Below are positions 24,490 to 37,848 of a DNA stretch of 64,000 nt, piece after piece (the first letter of the stretch is position 1; each line of letters starts with the position of its first letter). Source of the DNA: Podarcis pityusensis (Eukaryota); the NCBI GenBank assembly GCA_964106645.2, contig OZ067041.1. One strand, 5' to 3'. A program made the position numbers and the translations under genes. The notes below the pieces were generated by a model. It saw nothing but the letters and a program-made list of their open reading frames with translations. It did not search any database and was not told the DNA's origin.

Positions 24490-24665
24490 TACACATCTTT
24501 AGGTGCCAGGTGAAAACATTCCTTTTCTCCCAGGCCTTTGGCTAATTAAACACACAATGGCCTTTTAAAGGGGGGTTGCATTGCTTTGTTTGTTACTTTG
24601 TTATGCATTTTTGTGTTTTTATATTGTAAATGATGAAGGGCGGTATAGAAATAAAATAAATAAAT
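24490..24665 (+). mobile_element. L2 3' fragment
   Basis: TTTAGGTGCCAGGTGAAAACATTCC...GAAGGGCGGTATAGAAAT(AAAT)n. Confidence 0.6.
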
Positions 24666-25604
24666 ATCTGTGGAAGCAGTGGTGTCTTAGGGCAGCCCAA
24701 CAATCTAGAGCAAGGTGTGAGGAACATGTTGGAATCCCATCAGCCCCAGCCAGCAGGGCTAATGCTCAGGGATGATGGGAGTTATAGTCTCAGTGTCTCA
24801 AGGACTACAGCTCCCCCTTCTCTGGTTTAGAGCATTTGGGGGGGTGCGCATGGTATGGTCATCTCCAGCAGTCCTCATGCACTGATTCCCTTTGGGTACC
24901 CAGTTGGTGATGAGCAAATAGTGTCTTCATTTCGTTTCCATGTGTGCCTTTAAGCTCCTATGAATTGACCACACTTCTTCAAGAGGTTTGGTCATGAACA
25001 AGGCATGGGGTCTCAGCATTGCCACCCAACTGACTTGCCAACCTTGTGGCCATTTTATTTCAGTTTCCTTGTCGGCTATCCAGCTGCTCCATATATTGCT
25101 CTTTCCTTAGCTTTCTCTCTCAGTTTATAACTTATTAGGAACCCGACCTTATATATACCATAGCTTAGGTGTGCTGGTCTACCTCTTCCAACTTGGCTCT
25201 AAAAATCCTGAAATCATTTGCACCTGTCTAGCCACCATAGCCATTTTGGCACCTTGAATAATCATTTTAAATCTGTACAAAAGGAATGTAAAACACTTAA
25301 AACAATCTACGACTTCATGTTCTTGTAGCATACAGGTGTTGAGACCCAAGAGAGCCAAACGCATCCTTTTTAAGTATCTTGTTGTTGTCCTTCCTGTTTC
25401 CCAGTCAAGACTGAAAACCTAAAAAACTAAAACCACACTGCAAACATCCAGAATACATCTTCAAAGAGAAAACACTTCATAGCTTCAGAGAGGCCCACAG
25501 CAAGGTGAGCTATGGATTACACAGCCAAACTTTGCCTAGAAAAGTTCAATCTCTAAATGAAATTCTTTGATTTGTTAACAGTTCAGCTCCAGACTGTTCT
25601 AAGG

Positions 25605-25901
25605 CAGGGATGTCCAGTAGGTCAATCACGATCTACTGGTAGATCCCCGGGAGGTTTTGGTAGATCATGGTCGATCGCTGGGTCCCTTTCCTTAGTGTTG
25701 GTAAAATAGAATCCGAGTTTACTCAGTGAGGTTGTTTGTTTCCCCGGCAATCTGTTAGTTAGCAGCTGTTCCCCGTAAGGCTTTCCTCCTCCCTCAAAAA
25801 CGCTCAACAACTTTGACCTGAACCCCCCAAAAGGGGGTAGATCACTACCAGTTTTTAATTCTGTGAGTAGACGGCAGTCTCTTGGGAGTTGGCCACCCGT
25901 G
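25605..25901. mobile_element. hAT-like MITE
   Basis: TIRs CAGGGATGTCCAG / TTGGCCACCCGTG, subterminal GATCTAC/GTAGATC repeats, TSD TTCTAAGG / TTGTAAGG. Confidence 0.8.
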
Positions 25902-26252
25902 TTGTAAGGAAAAATACCTCCCAACTAATTTCCCCCTCCACCTCCAAATCCTGAAACATTTTGCAGCAACTTGCATTTTATAAAGTCTGCACTGATAATG
26001 TCTGAACTTGAATCTTGGAATGTCAGTTTGCAAACTCTTGAGAGCAAAGCATTCCAGTGTAAAGGTGCCCTCTCTTCGCCTCTCAGGCTTCTTCAGTATA
26101 TGGCAGCTTCCAATGTGCATTTGGTTTGGGAAATGTGAACTAGGTGGGTTCCCATTAAAATGCAAACTGAAATTAATCTCCGCCCCAACTTTAGTGGTAT
26201 GTACAGGTCTTCTCCTCTTCCCTGAATGTTCAACTCTAATTTTTTTAACCCC

Positions 26253-26407
26253 CCTCGGGGGGTTGTGGACTCTCCTTCCTTGGAGGTTTTTAAGCAGAGG
26301 TTGGATGGCCATCTGTCATGGATGCTTTAACTTGGATTCCTGCATTGCATAGGGTTGGACTAGATGAACCTTGGGGTTCCTTCCAACTCTACAATTCTAT
26401 GATTCTA
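26253..26407 (+). mobile_element. CR1 3' end
   Basis: GACTCTCCTTCCTTGGAGGTTTTTAAGCAGAGGTTGGATGG...CCTTCCAACTCTACAATTCTATGATTCTA. Confidence 0.85.
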
Positions 26408-26455
26408 AAAAGGAGCAAGCCACTAACTCAGGCAGTGTTTAGGCCGATTAGTATT

Positions 26456-26680
26456 AAACATAGGAACGTAAGAAGATAACCTGGCCGGTCAGAACAATGA
26501 CTTATTTAATTCAGCATCCTTTTCTCATAGTGGCCATCCTGTGTGAAACCCACAATCAGGGTTCAAACACAAGAGAACTCTCCTGTCCTGTGGTTTCCTG
26601 CAGCTGGGATTGAGAAGCATTACTGCCTCCAACCATGGAGGCAGAGCGTAGCCGTCACAGGCAGCAGCAATCATTAGCCA
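26456..26680 (-). mobile_element. CR1 3' fragment
   Basis: Homologous to the 20322 and 47103 copies. Confidence 0.65.
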
Positions 26681-27211
26681 CTGAAATCTGTGTCTGCCTT
26701 CTGGCAAATGAGCACAAAGGCACTAAAATAACTGGCATGAGGATGGAGGGAGGTAACAGGAAAGAGCAGGTAGGCCTCATCCACACCTTCATGACTACCA
26801 TCCTCCCCATTCTGGTGCAGTTCAGACTGGACTGAGCTGCCATTTGCTCATTAGAGGGAGAAATATATGCCTTAAAATATTCCAGAGTTATCTCTCCAGC
26901 ACTTTTAATAAACACTTCTGTCATTTACCAAGTAGCATCTTGTATATGTACTCATAAATTTTCATCCCACCATGAACTGTTAAAAACTCATTATAGATAA
27001 CAGGGCTTTCTTTTCCACTTTATATATGTGCATATTGTGACACTCATTTTCAAAGGTAAATTATGTATGAGGATGTCAAGTGAAAATGGGGTCTATTGCT
27101 GTTCCAGGGTCTGCACTTTAGATGTTCACAATAAAATTACAGCAAGGGAGTTGGTATTCTGATCGCATTTTGACAGAAAACAGCATGGGTTGAGAAATGT
27201 TCCTTTCTCTC

Positions 27212-27216
<5 letters not shown>

Positions 27217-27244
<28 letters not shown>
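27217..27244. repeat. (AG)n microsatellite
   Basis: Seen directly. Confidence 0.95.
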
Positions 27245-27250
<6 letters not shown>

Positions 27251-29176
27251 AAAACATTTTCGAAGTTTAGATTTTGGAGATCCCTGATTTTGGATGCTTG
27301 CCAGTTTTTGCCAGTTGATGAAAGCATTTCAGTTCAGGCACTCTGTGTTCGTTTGCAGATGGTTGGACACATATTGCTCCTGTTGTGTCTGATTTGCAAG
27401 CCCAGCTGTTTCTCCTCCTACATCTTCCTTTGTGGCATTGGTTAAACCAGGTTTTTCATACATTTCTGCTGTGTTGTTGCTGGCTCGACTACTGAGGATT
27501 GTTTACATTTGTACAGGAGAAATGCCAAGTCCTTCCAGAGGAAAACTAATGCTGATTCTGTGTGATATCCAAAGGTCCCGGAATGTATGTTAGGACATTT
27601 CCCCACCTGCTTGTTTCTTAAAGTCAGCAAGGGAATGTCTTACAGGACATTCTGCCACACTGGGTGCCGAGCCTATGGGGCGCTGCAGCGCACCACAGCT
27701 ATGACATACTGAATTATTATTATTATTTATTTAATTTATATACCACCCTATACCTGGAGGTCTCAGGGCGGTTCACAGACAGGCAGGGGGTGCCAGAATT
27801 TGGCCTTGCACAGGGTGCTGCTGCAATTTGAAAGACCAAAGTCCACCCCTGAAATGAATCCTGCAAACCACAGGAACCAATTCCTAGGGGCCAAGGTCAC
27901 TTCGGCCCTCTAAAAAGATATTTGAGAAGGCCGCCCCCCCCCCAAAAGTTGATGGGCATTGCCATTTAAATGGTTTGCATGCACCACATATTGTGATGGA
28001 TTATATGGGACATGGCTTACCCCTCCCAATATTTTAGTCAAGTTGGCACCCCGAGAAGTTTGTTAAGGGTGCTGGGAACTATAGCTCTTTTAGGGGGGGA
28101 TGGCAGTTCCTAGGATTCCCATGATGGGGCCTGAAGGGATCCAAATGGTCCACATCTTCCAGGCGTGCCTGGAGTTGTTCAGCGACCACCCCCTCAAGTC
28201 ACCTTGCCCAGGAATGGAAGATTTTGGTTGAACAGTTGCTCTAACTCCACTTAAAGCAATCCTGTGGCCTTCCAGATGTTGCTGGGACTCCAATTCCCAT
28301 CAGCCCCAGCCAACATGCCCAATACTCAGGAATGATGGGAATTGTAGTCCAGCTGCAACTGGAAGGCCACACCTTCCTGATCCCTGATTTCAGAAAAACA
28401 AGGATGGGACAATAATTAATGGGTTTAAATTACGTGAAAGTGAAGTTTATTTGATACCTGGGAGAAATGCCCCAGGAGAAAGAACGGTTTGGCAGAAGAT
28501 AGAACAGAAGTCTGTCAATGACCATGGTGGCTTTTATGGAATTTGCATATCCAGAGGCAGAGCGCCACCATGACATTTGCTGGGGAGAATAGATTAAGAC
28601 TGTTGCCTTAATACCCTTTTATGACTTTCTCAGATGCATTTGGTTGGCTGCTATGGAAAACATAATACAATACAACTCTTTGGTCTGATCTAACAGGCTC
28701 TTCTCATATTCATTGCAGTGCCTGGAAAGTTTGTGGATGTTATTGGAGGTTTTCAAAGGCTTCTCAGGTAGTTGGGGCTGAATCCTTATGGGCTTTTGTA
28801 GAAACCTTTCCCACCTTTAAAAGGAATCCTCTTAAAAACAAATAAAGCTGGTGTGCAGAATGCTTACCTCTGAAGACTACCACCATGTCAACAAGATGCA
28901 TTCTTTAGAGTCAGCAGGAAGACAACAAATGACACAAACACTGAGCACGCAGCTCGTTGTTCAAAGTGACAGTTATGCATTCATTGCTGGCTTTGCAGTT
29001 CAAACTGTAAATGTGACTACTATTTTAAGATTTGAGGACTCTTTACTTACCTCCTAGGTATACTTGCAGTGCATGCCATCATTTGGTGGACATGTGCCAT
29101 GCTTGTATGAAGGAGAGTTTGGTGGTCACATCCAAACTTTGGAATAGCCTCCTTAGAGAGGCTTCACTGGTCTCAA

Positions 29177-29178
<2 letters not shown>

Positions 29179-29222
<44 letters not shown>
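29179..29222. repeat. (TG)n microsatellite
   Basis: Seen directly. Confidence 0.95.
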
Positions 29223-29224
<2 letters not shown>

Positions 29225-30279
29225 TAATTTAAGTAACGCTCTACATGCAAAAGAACCCCAAACGGTGTATACAAAAACTGAACAGGGAAGAGAATACAAG
29301 TCATAAAACAAAGTTAAGAATATGAAACCAAGAATAATTCAAAGCCACTGAAATAAGGTGGAAGGTTATGTGAAAAGGCTTATGTGATGGAAAAATGTCC
29401 ATCAAGTGTCAAAAACATAACATTGGCGCTATCTTCATATTTAGAGGAAGAAAATTCCCGAGAAACGGTGCCACAATGCTAAAAGAATGTGCAAGAGTTG
29501 CATTACAACATTGGGGGATATTTTCTTGTTTGCCCAGGCATTCTTCAGGCATCTTGGTCTATATTCTGTTTGGTTTCTGTTGTTGTTTTATGGTGAATTA
29601 TGTTTTGGTCTTCTTAATTGGTGTTGTTGTTATTGTACACCACAGTGGAATATAGGTCGCCTTAGAAGTTTTCTTTAAATGAATTAATGAACGGGTATTG
29701 CACTTGCATTAAAATTCAGTGAGTGGGAAATACCATGCATGCACATTCAACATTCACTCTTTGGTGCCTCTTCAGTTCCCATGTAGCTGAAGGCACGCAG
29801 GGTTTACCATTAGTGTAGCATTTGGCTAAAATGAGCATTGCGGTGTGTCCATGAAACCCTGCTGTACCGAACTCTGGTACAACATGCTTCCTGGCCCATG
29901 TGCAGTTATAGTGTAAGTCCTGTTATCTTCTTTCAGTCTTGTTTATGTCATTGCCTCTGCCAGTGGCCAATGAAAACATTAGCTAACAAATCTTATAATA
30001 GCTTTGCAGGCAGGGGCTCTCATTACAGCCAGCAATGGAATTTGATTTTGCTTTAACAAAACAGACAAATGCCCAGAGATTAGTCCTGCAGAGACACATG
30101 ATAGAATTTTATACTTGCTCTATATATGACAATCAGCTAAATTTACCAAAGGACAACAGAGTGCAGTAGCGAACATCATATTCTTTGCTTTGTAAGAATG
30201 TCATACTTTTTATATACACCTATGCGATATATTTGTCTGGCGCTAAGTGCAGCTGAATGGATACTTCCTTGTTTGGCCT

Positions 30280-30612
30280 GGACGCGGGTGGCGCTGTGGG
30301 TTAAATCACAGAGCCTAGGGCTTGCCGATCAGAAGGTCGGCGGTTCGAATCCCCGCGATGGGGTGAGCTCCCATTGCTTGGTCCCTGCTCCTGCCAACCT
30401 AGCAGTTCGAAAGCACATCAAGTGCAAGTAGATAAATAGGTACCGCTCCTGATGGAAGGTAAACAGCGTTTCCGTGCACTGCTCTGGTTCACCAGAAGCG
30501 GCTTAGTCATGCTGGCCACATGACCTGGAAACTGCACGCCGGCTCCCTTGGCCAATAAAACGAGATGAGCACCGCAACCCCAGAGTCGTCTGCGACAGGA
30601 CTTAATTTTTAC
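30280..30612 (+). mobile_element. Sauria SINE with a 37-bp target-site duplication
   Basis: Near-full-length match to the 5595 copy; flanks 30243-30279 and 30613-30649 identical at 36/37 positions. Confidence 0.9.
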
Positions 30613-30988
30613 CTAAGTGCAGCTGAATGCATACTTCCTTGTTTGGCCTTCCCTGAGAAACACAGGGACTTGAGCTGAGAGCAAACAAACCAGACATGGT
30701 CCTCAGGGATTGGCTGAGGTCAGTCAATATCATTTTTTCAGATCCCGAGTATAGTGAAATGGGCGCAAACAGAGCTTAATAGACAATGCAAGAAGGGGTG
30801 GAGAGATTGGAGAATCAATTCCAGACGTTCGGCACTTTGCGTCCAACAATGGAACATCCAACAAGGGAGCTGGGCAGCAGGATTCATAAAGAGGGTCAAA
30901 AGCAGGTACATATATGTAGTGAGTGAGAAGCTCTGGTCATACACCTTCCCTGATATACTCCTGCTCATTCATAAGAATGACACCGAGC

Positions 30989-31177
30989 CAGGGGTGCCAA
31001 CTTGAAAGAAATATTGTGGGGACCCAGATAAGCCCTGTCCCGCAGAATCGATCACACAGCATGGTGCATGCACACCATTGAATGGCAATGCCCATCCATT
31101 TTGTGGGGACCCAGCCCCCTCAAATATTTTATTGCGGGGCTTGAAGCCCCCATGGCCCCTAGGAGTCGGATCCTATG
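30989..31177. mobile_element. hAT MITE (inverted homologue at ~27868-28053)
   Basis: Ends CAGGGGTGCCAAC / GTCGGATCCTATG; perfect 8-bp TSD CACCGAGC at 30981-30988 and 31178-31185. Confidence 0.85.
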
Positions 31178-32049
31178 CACCGAGCTATGCAGTCAGCACA
31201 CTACTTCTCACAGAAGATAAAATGTGTTTTGTTTCTTTTTAACAGATGACAACAAAACCACAGAATGTAGGTTAGATCATCATCTGTCTGCATCTGTTTA
31301 CTTTGGACTTGTGCCACTGTATATAGAAAACCTCTGAAACCTAATTGATGAGCTTTTTGTCTGTATGGAGAATTGGAAATTTTCATTGATGAATTTTGTG
31401 TGTGTGAAAAAGAAAGCGGGGGAGAAAGAGATTTATTGAAGTGTGTTTTTTAAAAGAATGTTGTTGGCTCTCTCTCAAGAGACACAATTTTTATTCATAA
31501 TGAATATCTGAAATAAAATCCCCAACTAAAAACGCATATCAGGACTATGATGATTATAAAGATCTCTCTGGAAGCCAGAGGTATTAACCTTCCAATGTAC
31601 TGTAAGTGCCCTTTTCTATGAGAACTGGAGGCTTGAATGTGAAGTTCTGTCAAAAGTCTAAGGCAGAAGTCAAAAGTTCATGGTACCTAGGGCACCTGTG
31701 GAACCCTGGAGAGCTCCAAAGGTCCTAAAATGGCAGCTGTGCAAAGTGTTGCCTCTGCCAGTGGCTAGTTCCAGTTGAAGCCTTATATGCTGGACTGTAG
31801 TGCACTAAGTCCCACCTCCCCAGAAGAGCTTTTTGCCTCTTAAATCTTATCCTGAGTCTTCGGCTCCTGCAGAGCTGGGGAGAAAAGATTACTGTGGGGA
31901 GACTCCTCCCCCGAATCAAGCAGCATCTTGAAGATGATCTTGGCAGTTTTTTCCTCCTCCTCCACTGAGGCTGTCACACAGTACATGGTCTCTGTGTGGT
32001 GGGCAATAACAATAAGCACATTTTATTTTAATTTTTTTAAAAAAAAATA

Positions 32050-32291
32050 CAGTGGTACCTCGGGTTAAGTACTTAATTCATTCCGGAGGTCTGTACTTAA
32101 CCTGAAACAGTTCTTAACCTGAAGCACCACTTTAGCTAATGGGGCCTCCTACTGCTGCTGCGCCGCTGGAGCACCATTTCTGTTCTCATCCTGAAGCAAA
32201 GTTCTTAACCTGAAGCACTATTTCTGGGTTAGCAGAGTCTGTAACCTGAAGCGTATGTAACCTGAAGCGTATGTAGCCCTAGGTACCACTG
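32050..32291 (+). mobile_element. Tc1/mariner (Tigger-like) MITE
   Basis: TIRs CAGTGGTACCT / AGGTACCACTG, TA at the left flank, internal TAACCTGAAGC repeats. Confidence 0.85.
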
Positions 32292-33581
32292 CAAACTTTG
32301 CTGTGTATTGTGGAATGAATACAAGGAGGGCCAGAAATGGAGCATAACAACGTTAGAGAGGACATTATTATTATTATTAATGGCTTGTATAAGGCAAATC
32401 ATTACAAACCTGATTATATATAGTTGTTAGTGGGGAAATAGATGACAACGACAGGAGCATTTCTGTAGTTTGCCTTCCCCAATGTTTAATATTCTATCAT
32501 AAGAAATTAAGCAAGATGGCTTTGAACTTGAGTGTTGTGTAACACATACAGAATTGTGCCATAAAATGTAGTAAATAAAACATAATGAACAATAACCCTG
32601 TATCTAGTTGTCAGGTGAGGAGTGTGTCTCCCAGGAATTGGTGGAAGATGTGGCTGTAATTAATGACCTCTGAGGATGAAGAGCAGGTTAATTAAATTTT
32701 CAGATGGCACTAAATCAGGAGATAGTGCATGAACATTAGTAATTCAAGAATGTTCACCTCCCCAACAGATGTATTTATGTTGAAGGGAGAGTGGGAAGTG
32801 TGTAAATAAATAGCTTTCTTTGCAACAGTACTTAGCGTTCTGTCACGCAGAGGGCAAAACCCAGGTATACAGTGTAGGTGGAACAAGTGCTTTTCAATGC
32901 AAGTGTGGTTTCTAACACATGCTATTTTTTATTTACAGTCTTGGGCTTTCTGTTTAACAGATCTTATCCCTCTCTCAATCCCATTATTACTGCCCATTTC
33001 CCACCCTATCTTTCCAGTGACCCCAAATACTCTAGTTATTCAGACATTTACACACAACAAATAAAGGAGAAAAATGCACATCTGTGTATATGTGTGAAGG
33101 TAAGATCAATGCTTGAATGTGGAGACAGCATGCATCTGATATATTTATAGCTATTTTTGTGGTGCTGGTATATTGATCGACTGGTGCATTCTTGTGAGTC
33201 TTATTTGGAGAAGGAGCGTGTAAATATATTGGAAGGTGAAGTTGCATCATTTATGATAGCATATCATTAAGACTCACACAGCTCAAGAAAGAAAGCTCAA
33301 ATACATAAAACTTCTCAGGTGCATCTTGTCTGAATGCCATCTTTTCCTTTACTGCTAAGTCCCGGTTTTGCAGAGTATCTGCACTTAATTATTTTCATTT
33401 AGTTGCACTTCTCTACACCTTCTTATCTTAAATTAATTGGGGAGATAACCAATTGTTTAAAAATACATTTTTGATAACTTTCAACCAGGCCAAAACCTAA
33501 ATCTGCTGAGATATCCATCCCTGACCAGCTTAGCTCCAGCCACCAAGAGCCAGATCAAATTTTAAAAGGGTTTTAGAACAC

Positions 33582-33930
33582 TTTTTTTTATAATAATAAT
33601 TTATTTCCATATAGAAAGTTACATTTGTTACTCCATAGTTATATTCCAATTCGAAAAACTAGTGACTGCCTGCTCACCCAGTGTTGATGTTTATAACCCA
33701 GTTTACATTTTAAGGTTCCTTCTTATCTAATTTCATCCTCTCCAAAATATTTCTTAATATATTCTGCTATCTTCTTACACTTCAAACCCCACTGTGGTCT
33801 TTGCATATGGGGGAAAAACTTTTTTTATATAGACTAGAAAGGGTTTCCAGTCTTCTTTAAAAGATTCTATATTTGTATCTTTTATCAGTGCCGTCAATTT
33901 TGCCATCTCTTGCATATTCCAAGATTTTCA
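33582..33930 (-). mobile_element. L1 3' fragment (divergent family)
   Basis: - strand encodes ..EMAKLTALIKDTNIESFKEDWKPFL, homologous to the C-terminus of the 52 kb L1 ORF2; A-rich tail. Confidence 0.7.
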
Positions 33931-34074
33931 TCAGCGATTCTTCCTTTGAAGGTGTTCTCTCCTCCTTCCATTTTTGTGCATGGAGAATTCTTGCCACTGT
34001 AGCCACATACATAAATACCGTTGAGGCTTTCTGTGGGATTTCGCTGTTTTAGAACACTTCTGACAGATTGAGGA

Positions 34075-34986
34075 AGCACCGTAATTCAGTAGCAGAGCAT
34101 CTGCTTTGAATGTGGAAGGTCCCAGATTCAGTTACTGGCATCTCCAGAGAGGACTGAGAAACACCTCCGTGGGAAACCCTAGTGAGCTGCTGCCAGTCAG
34201 TGAACACAGTACTAAGCTAGGTGAGTCAGTGGTCTATATAAGCCAAGGGTCGGCAAGGTTTACCTCACCTGGGCCGGTTCACTCCAGCGGAGATCTCTCC
34301 GTGGGCTGGATTATGCGCATGTCTGCGATTTCTGGCGTCTTCACAGACGCAATTTCCAGCACCGCGAAAGCGAGTCTCCGTGCCGCGCTGCGCCGGTTTA
34401 GCACTGCACGTGGGGACTCGCCAAGTGGGCGGCTCGGTTCAGGGGTGGCTTGTGGGCTAGTTAAATAACCCCCGTGGGCTGCTTGTGGTCCATGGGCCTT
34501 AGGTTGCCTTGTTGTTGTTGTTTAGTCGTTTAGTCGTGTCCGACTCTTCGTGACCCCATGGACCAGAGCACGCCAGGCACTCCTGTCTTCCACTGCCTCC
34601 CGCAGTTTGGTCAAACTCATGCTGGTAGCTTCGAGAACACTATCCAACCATCTCGTCCTCTGTCGTCCCCTTCTCCTTGTGCCCTCCATCTTTCCCAACA
34701 TCAGGGTCTTTTCCAGGGAGTCTTCTCTTCTCATGAGGTGGCCAAAGTATTGGAGCCTCAGCTTCAGGATCTGTCCTTCCAGTGAGCACTCAGGGCTGAT
34801 TTTCTTAAGAATGGATCGGTTTGATCTACTTGCAGTCCATGGCACTCTCAAGAGTCTCCTCCAGCACCATAATTCAAAAGCATCAATTCTTCGGCGATCA
34901 GCCTTCTTTATGGTCCAGCTCTCACTTCCATACATCACTACTGGGAAAACCATAGCCTACCCCTAATATAAGCAGCTTCCTATGTC
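34075..34986 (+). mobile_element. Squam3-like SINE split by a hAT MITE (34244-34965), which is itself split by BovB
   Basis: SINE body 34075-34243 resumes as AGCTTCCTATGTCC after 34973; MITE TSD ATATAAGC at 34236-34243 and 34966-34973. Confidence 0.8.
34510..34956 (-). mobile_element. BovB (RTE clade) LINE, 5'-truncated; open C-terminal ORF remnant at 34522-34953
   Basis: MVFPVVMYGSESWTIKKA...DAFELWCWRRLLRVPWTA...VHGVTKSRTRLND is the typical BovB C-terminus; (AAC)n tail. Confidence 0.93.
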
Positions 34987-35314
34987 CCCATGAATTCCCA
35001 CGAGAAGTGGCTACTTCACAGCTGTAGGGTATATTTCCCTATGGGAAGCCATTCTATTCCTCCCACACACCTTTTGTATCCTATCCCCATTCATTAAAGA
35101 TGCCCCATTAATCATGGTGGATCTACATAAAGGCAACAGACACCACAAGGTTTCATTTCAGAATAAATCTTGCTAATCAATACTCTACTCCTTAGATTAC
35201 CCCACTCAATATCTCTCTGTGCCAGAGGACATTAACTTACATATTTACCTACTCTGCGGTTCGTTATAGGTCATGTACGTGACAATGAAACTGATGGTTT
35301 TTATTTGCTCGTAC

Positions 35315-35636
35315 ATGGGTTTTCACCAGTGCAAAGAACATTCAGGAGGTTTGGGAAAGGGCAACTGAAATAATCAGAGGATGGAGTGACTCCTGGATGA
35401 GGAAAGGTTGCAGCATTTGGGATTTTTTTAATTCAGAGAAAAGGCGAGGAAGAGAAGACATGATAGAAGATTATAAAATTATGTCTGGCATGGAGAAAGT
35501 GGATAGAGAAAGGTTTTTCCTCCCTCCCTCATAAGGCTGGAATTCATGAGCATCCAATGAAGCTGAATGTTGAAAGATTCAGGACAGATAACAGAAAGCA
35601 TTTCTTCACACAGTGCATAGTTAAACTACAGAATTT
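35315..35636 (+). mobile_element. CR1 ORF2 C-terminal fragment
   Basis: GAGAAGACATGATAGAAGATTATAAAATTATG...TTCAGGACAGATAACAGAAAGCATTTCTTCACACAG. Confidence 0.75.
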
Positions 35637-37345
35637 TACTGCAAAATAAAGGGGAAGGAGATCCCCAAAGCCCATGAAGATTGGACATAGACAGTGACTG
35701 CAGAATGCTGACTGATTATTGGAGGAAAACATTGAAAACCCATGGATAATATAGTGGAATGTCTGGAACAGCAGCACTCCACAATGGCCACATCCTTTTG
35801 CAGGACTCGCTTGTTCAACCTAATACCAATTGACATGCTGTTGCATTCAATGCTGCTGTAGAAAGCCAGGGTGGGATTAAGGCAGCAGAAATCCTCATGA
35901 AGTATTAAGCTTTAATAGGAAGGCAGGAGCCTGACATACCATTTCAGGCCCCTGAAGCAGAGTATTGCATTATTATTCCTTTGGAAATACATCTGAAAAT
36001 GAATCTGTACTTGGTTATGCAAATTAACAGAACATTGGGGCTCTACCATGTGGAGCTTCAAAATGAAGATTTGGAGAGGGTTTTTTTTTTTTAAAAAAAA
36101 CACCCACATAACCACCATACAAAACATCCGCTGCAGCTGCTTGCTTTTGCGGAGCAGTGGTTCATTTGTGGATGGTTCTGCATGCATCTACTGAATCATA
36201 ATTGTTATTCTGCACAGAATTATCCATCTGATTGAATCGCAGTAGAAAGAGCAGTAATGTGGAGAGCAGGCTCCAGGTTTTCCCTATAGTGACATTCTGC
36301 TAAGGAAGGGGACGCTCCCAGAGTGCAAGCCTGAAAAGCTCAGCTGCTGAAGGTCTTTGTTAATTGCTAGTCTCTGGAGGCTTTATTGCCAAGTGATCTG
36401 AAGTGCTCCCAGAGCAACCAGGCCAGAGAACAAAACATTTGATTTGCCACCAGTGTAAAACTCTTGCTTCAGTTAAGCCACCTTTGCTACATAGCTTGCT
36501 TTTATTGTTCTATGCATTCACTTCTCAATATTTCATCTAAATGTATAGGGCTCCATGGTAAAAAGTGGAGAAAGTTGTTTACAGAAGCCGAAGCAATGTT
36601 TATTTTTTTATTATTATCAGGGCAGCTTTAGCGTCTCTTCAGGTAGGAGGATTTGATGCTTAATTAGCAAGGGGATGGGATTCTGGTTTCTAGGACATAT
36701 AAACATGCGATCTATACTTGGTTTAATAAACAAATGGCAGTCAGTGAAATTGGCAGCACTAGCAGGAGCCAACACTACTGTTTCCCTTTTATTTTTGATG
36801 AGGGGGGGAAACAGGAGCTGGTAACATTTGGGGGAGGTATTTTTTTTTTTTTTAAGGTCACACATCTACAAAATAATATTGTATTTTTAGCAAGTGTAGT
36901 ATTAAGGCTGCCGAAAGAAGCCCACAGGCTAGATCTTTTACAAGGCTACTGGATAACCATGGTCTAAATAAAAACGATATCTTTCCAGGATTTTTTACTG
37001 TTTGAATATTTGTGCTGTTAATATTTGGATAGTATTTATGGCAAATCATGAAATTTGCGGTGCAAACTGTACAAGTGATCATACCAGACAACCCAGTGTC
37101 TTATTGAGAGGTGAATTTCTGTTCAGATCTATGCTTAAATTAGAGGGGAAATTATCTGATCCTGAGCTGAGCAGGGGGTTAGATGAGATGACCTGCCAAT
37201 TATTATTATTTATTTATTGAATTTATAAATTTTGTGATAAAGTTCTATGCATACAGGGGAACAAGGTTCCCCTGATTTTTCTTTAAAATATTGAATCTGG
37301 CAAATAGATATGAAATAGCTTAAGGCTATCAAAAGTAACAAAGAG

Positions 37346-37848
37346 TACCCACCTTGGAAGAATGGCAGATGAAGGAGATGGACTATATGGAATTGGCGGA
37401 AATGACTGGCAGAATCCGAGACCAGGGAGAAGAGTCGATGGAAGAAGATTGGAAAAAGTTTAAAGACTATTTACAGAAATATTGCAAAATTAATGAATGT
37501 TAGAATGATGTCGGATAGAAACTAAGTGGTCTTTAGCCGAAATGTTATACGGGAATATGAAAAAAAAAAAGGTTTATTAATAGGTAAAAATCTAAAATTA
37601 CAGATATTTTATGATTAACGATTAGGATACATAAAGAGGGGAGGGATTTGTTGAACTAATAACTGAACTGGAATACAAAAAAGGGAGGTGTGAGGAGGTC
37701 CTGGAAATAAGCAAATGAAAGCTAAGTAACGGAAGGAATGATTTGTTTTTAACTGTTTTTACTTTGTATCTTTCTTTTTTCTCTTTTTCTTTTTTTGTCT
37801 TGTAATATTCTGAAAATCTTAATAAATATCTTATAAAAAAACAAAAAA
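37346..37848 (+). mobile_element. 5'-truncated L1 (last ~50 codons of ORF2, 3' UTR, A tail)
   Basis: PTLEEWQMK...EEDWKKFKDYLQKYCKINEC*, AATAAA, A-rich tail; 16-bp TSD CAAAAGTAACAAAGAG at 37330-37345 and 37849-37864. Confidence 0.9.

Noticed and set aside
34550-34966. 138-aa + strand ORF
   Set aside because: Antisense shadow of the BovB ORF
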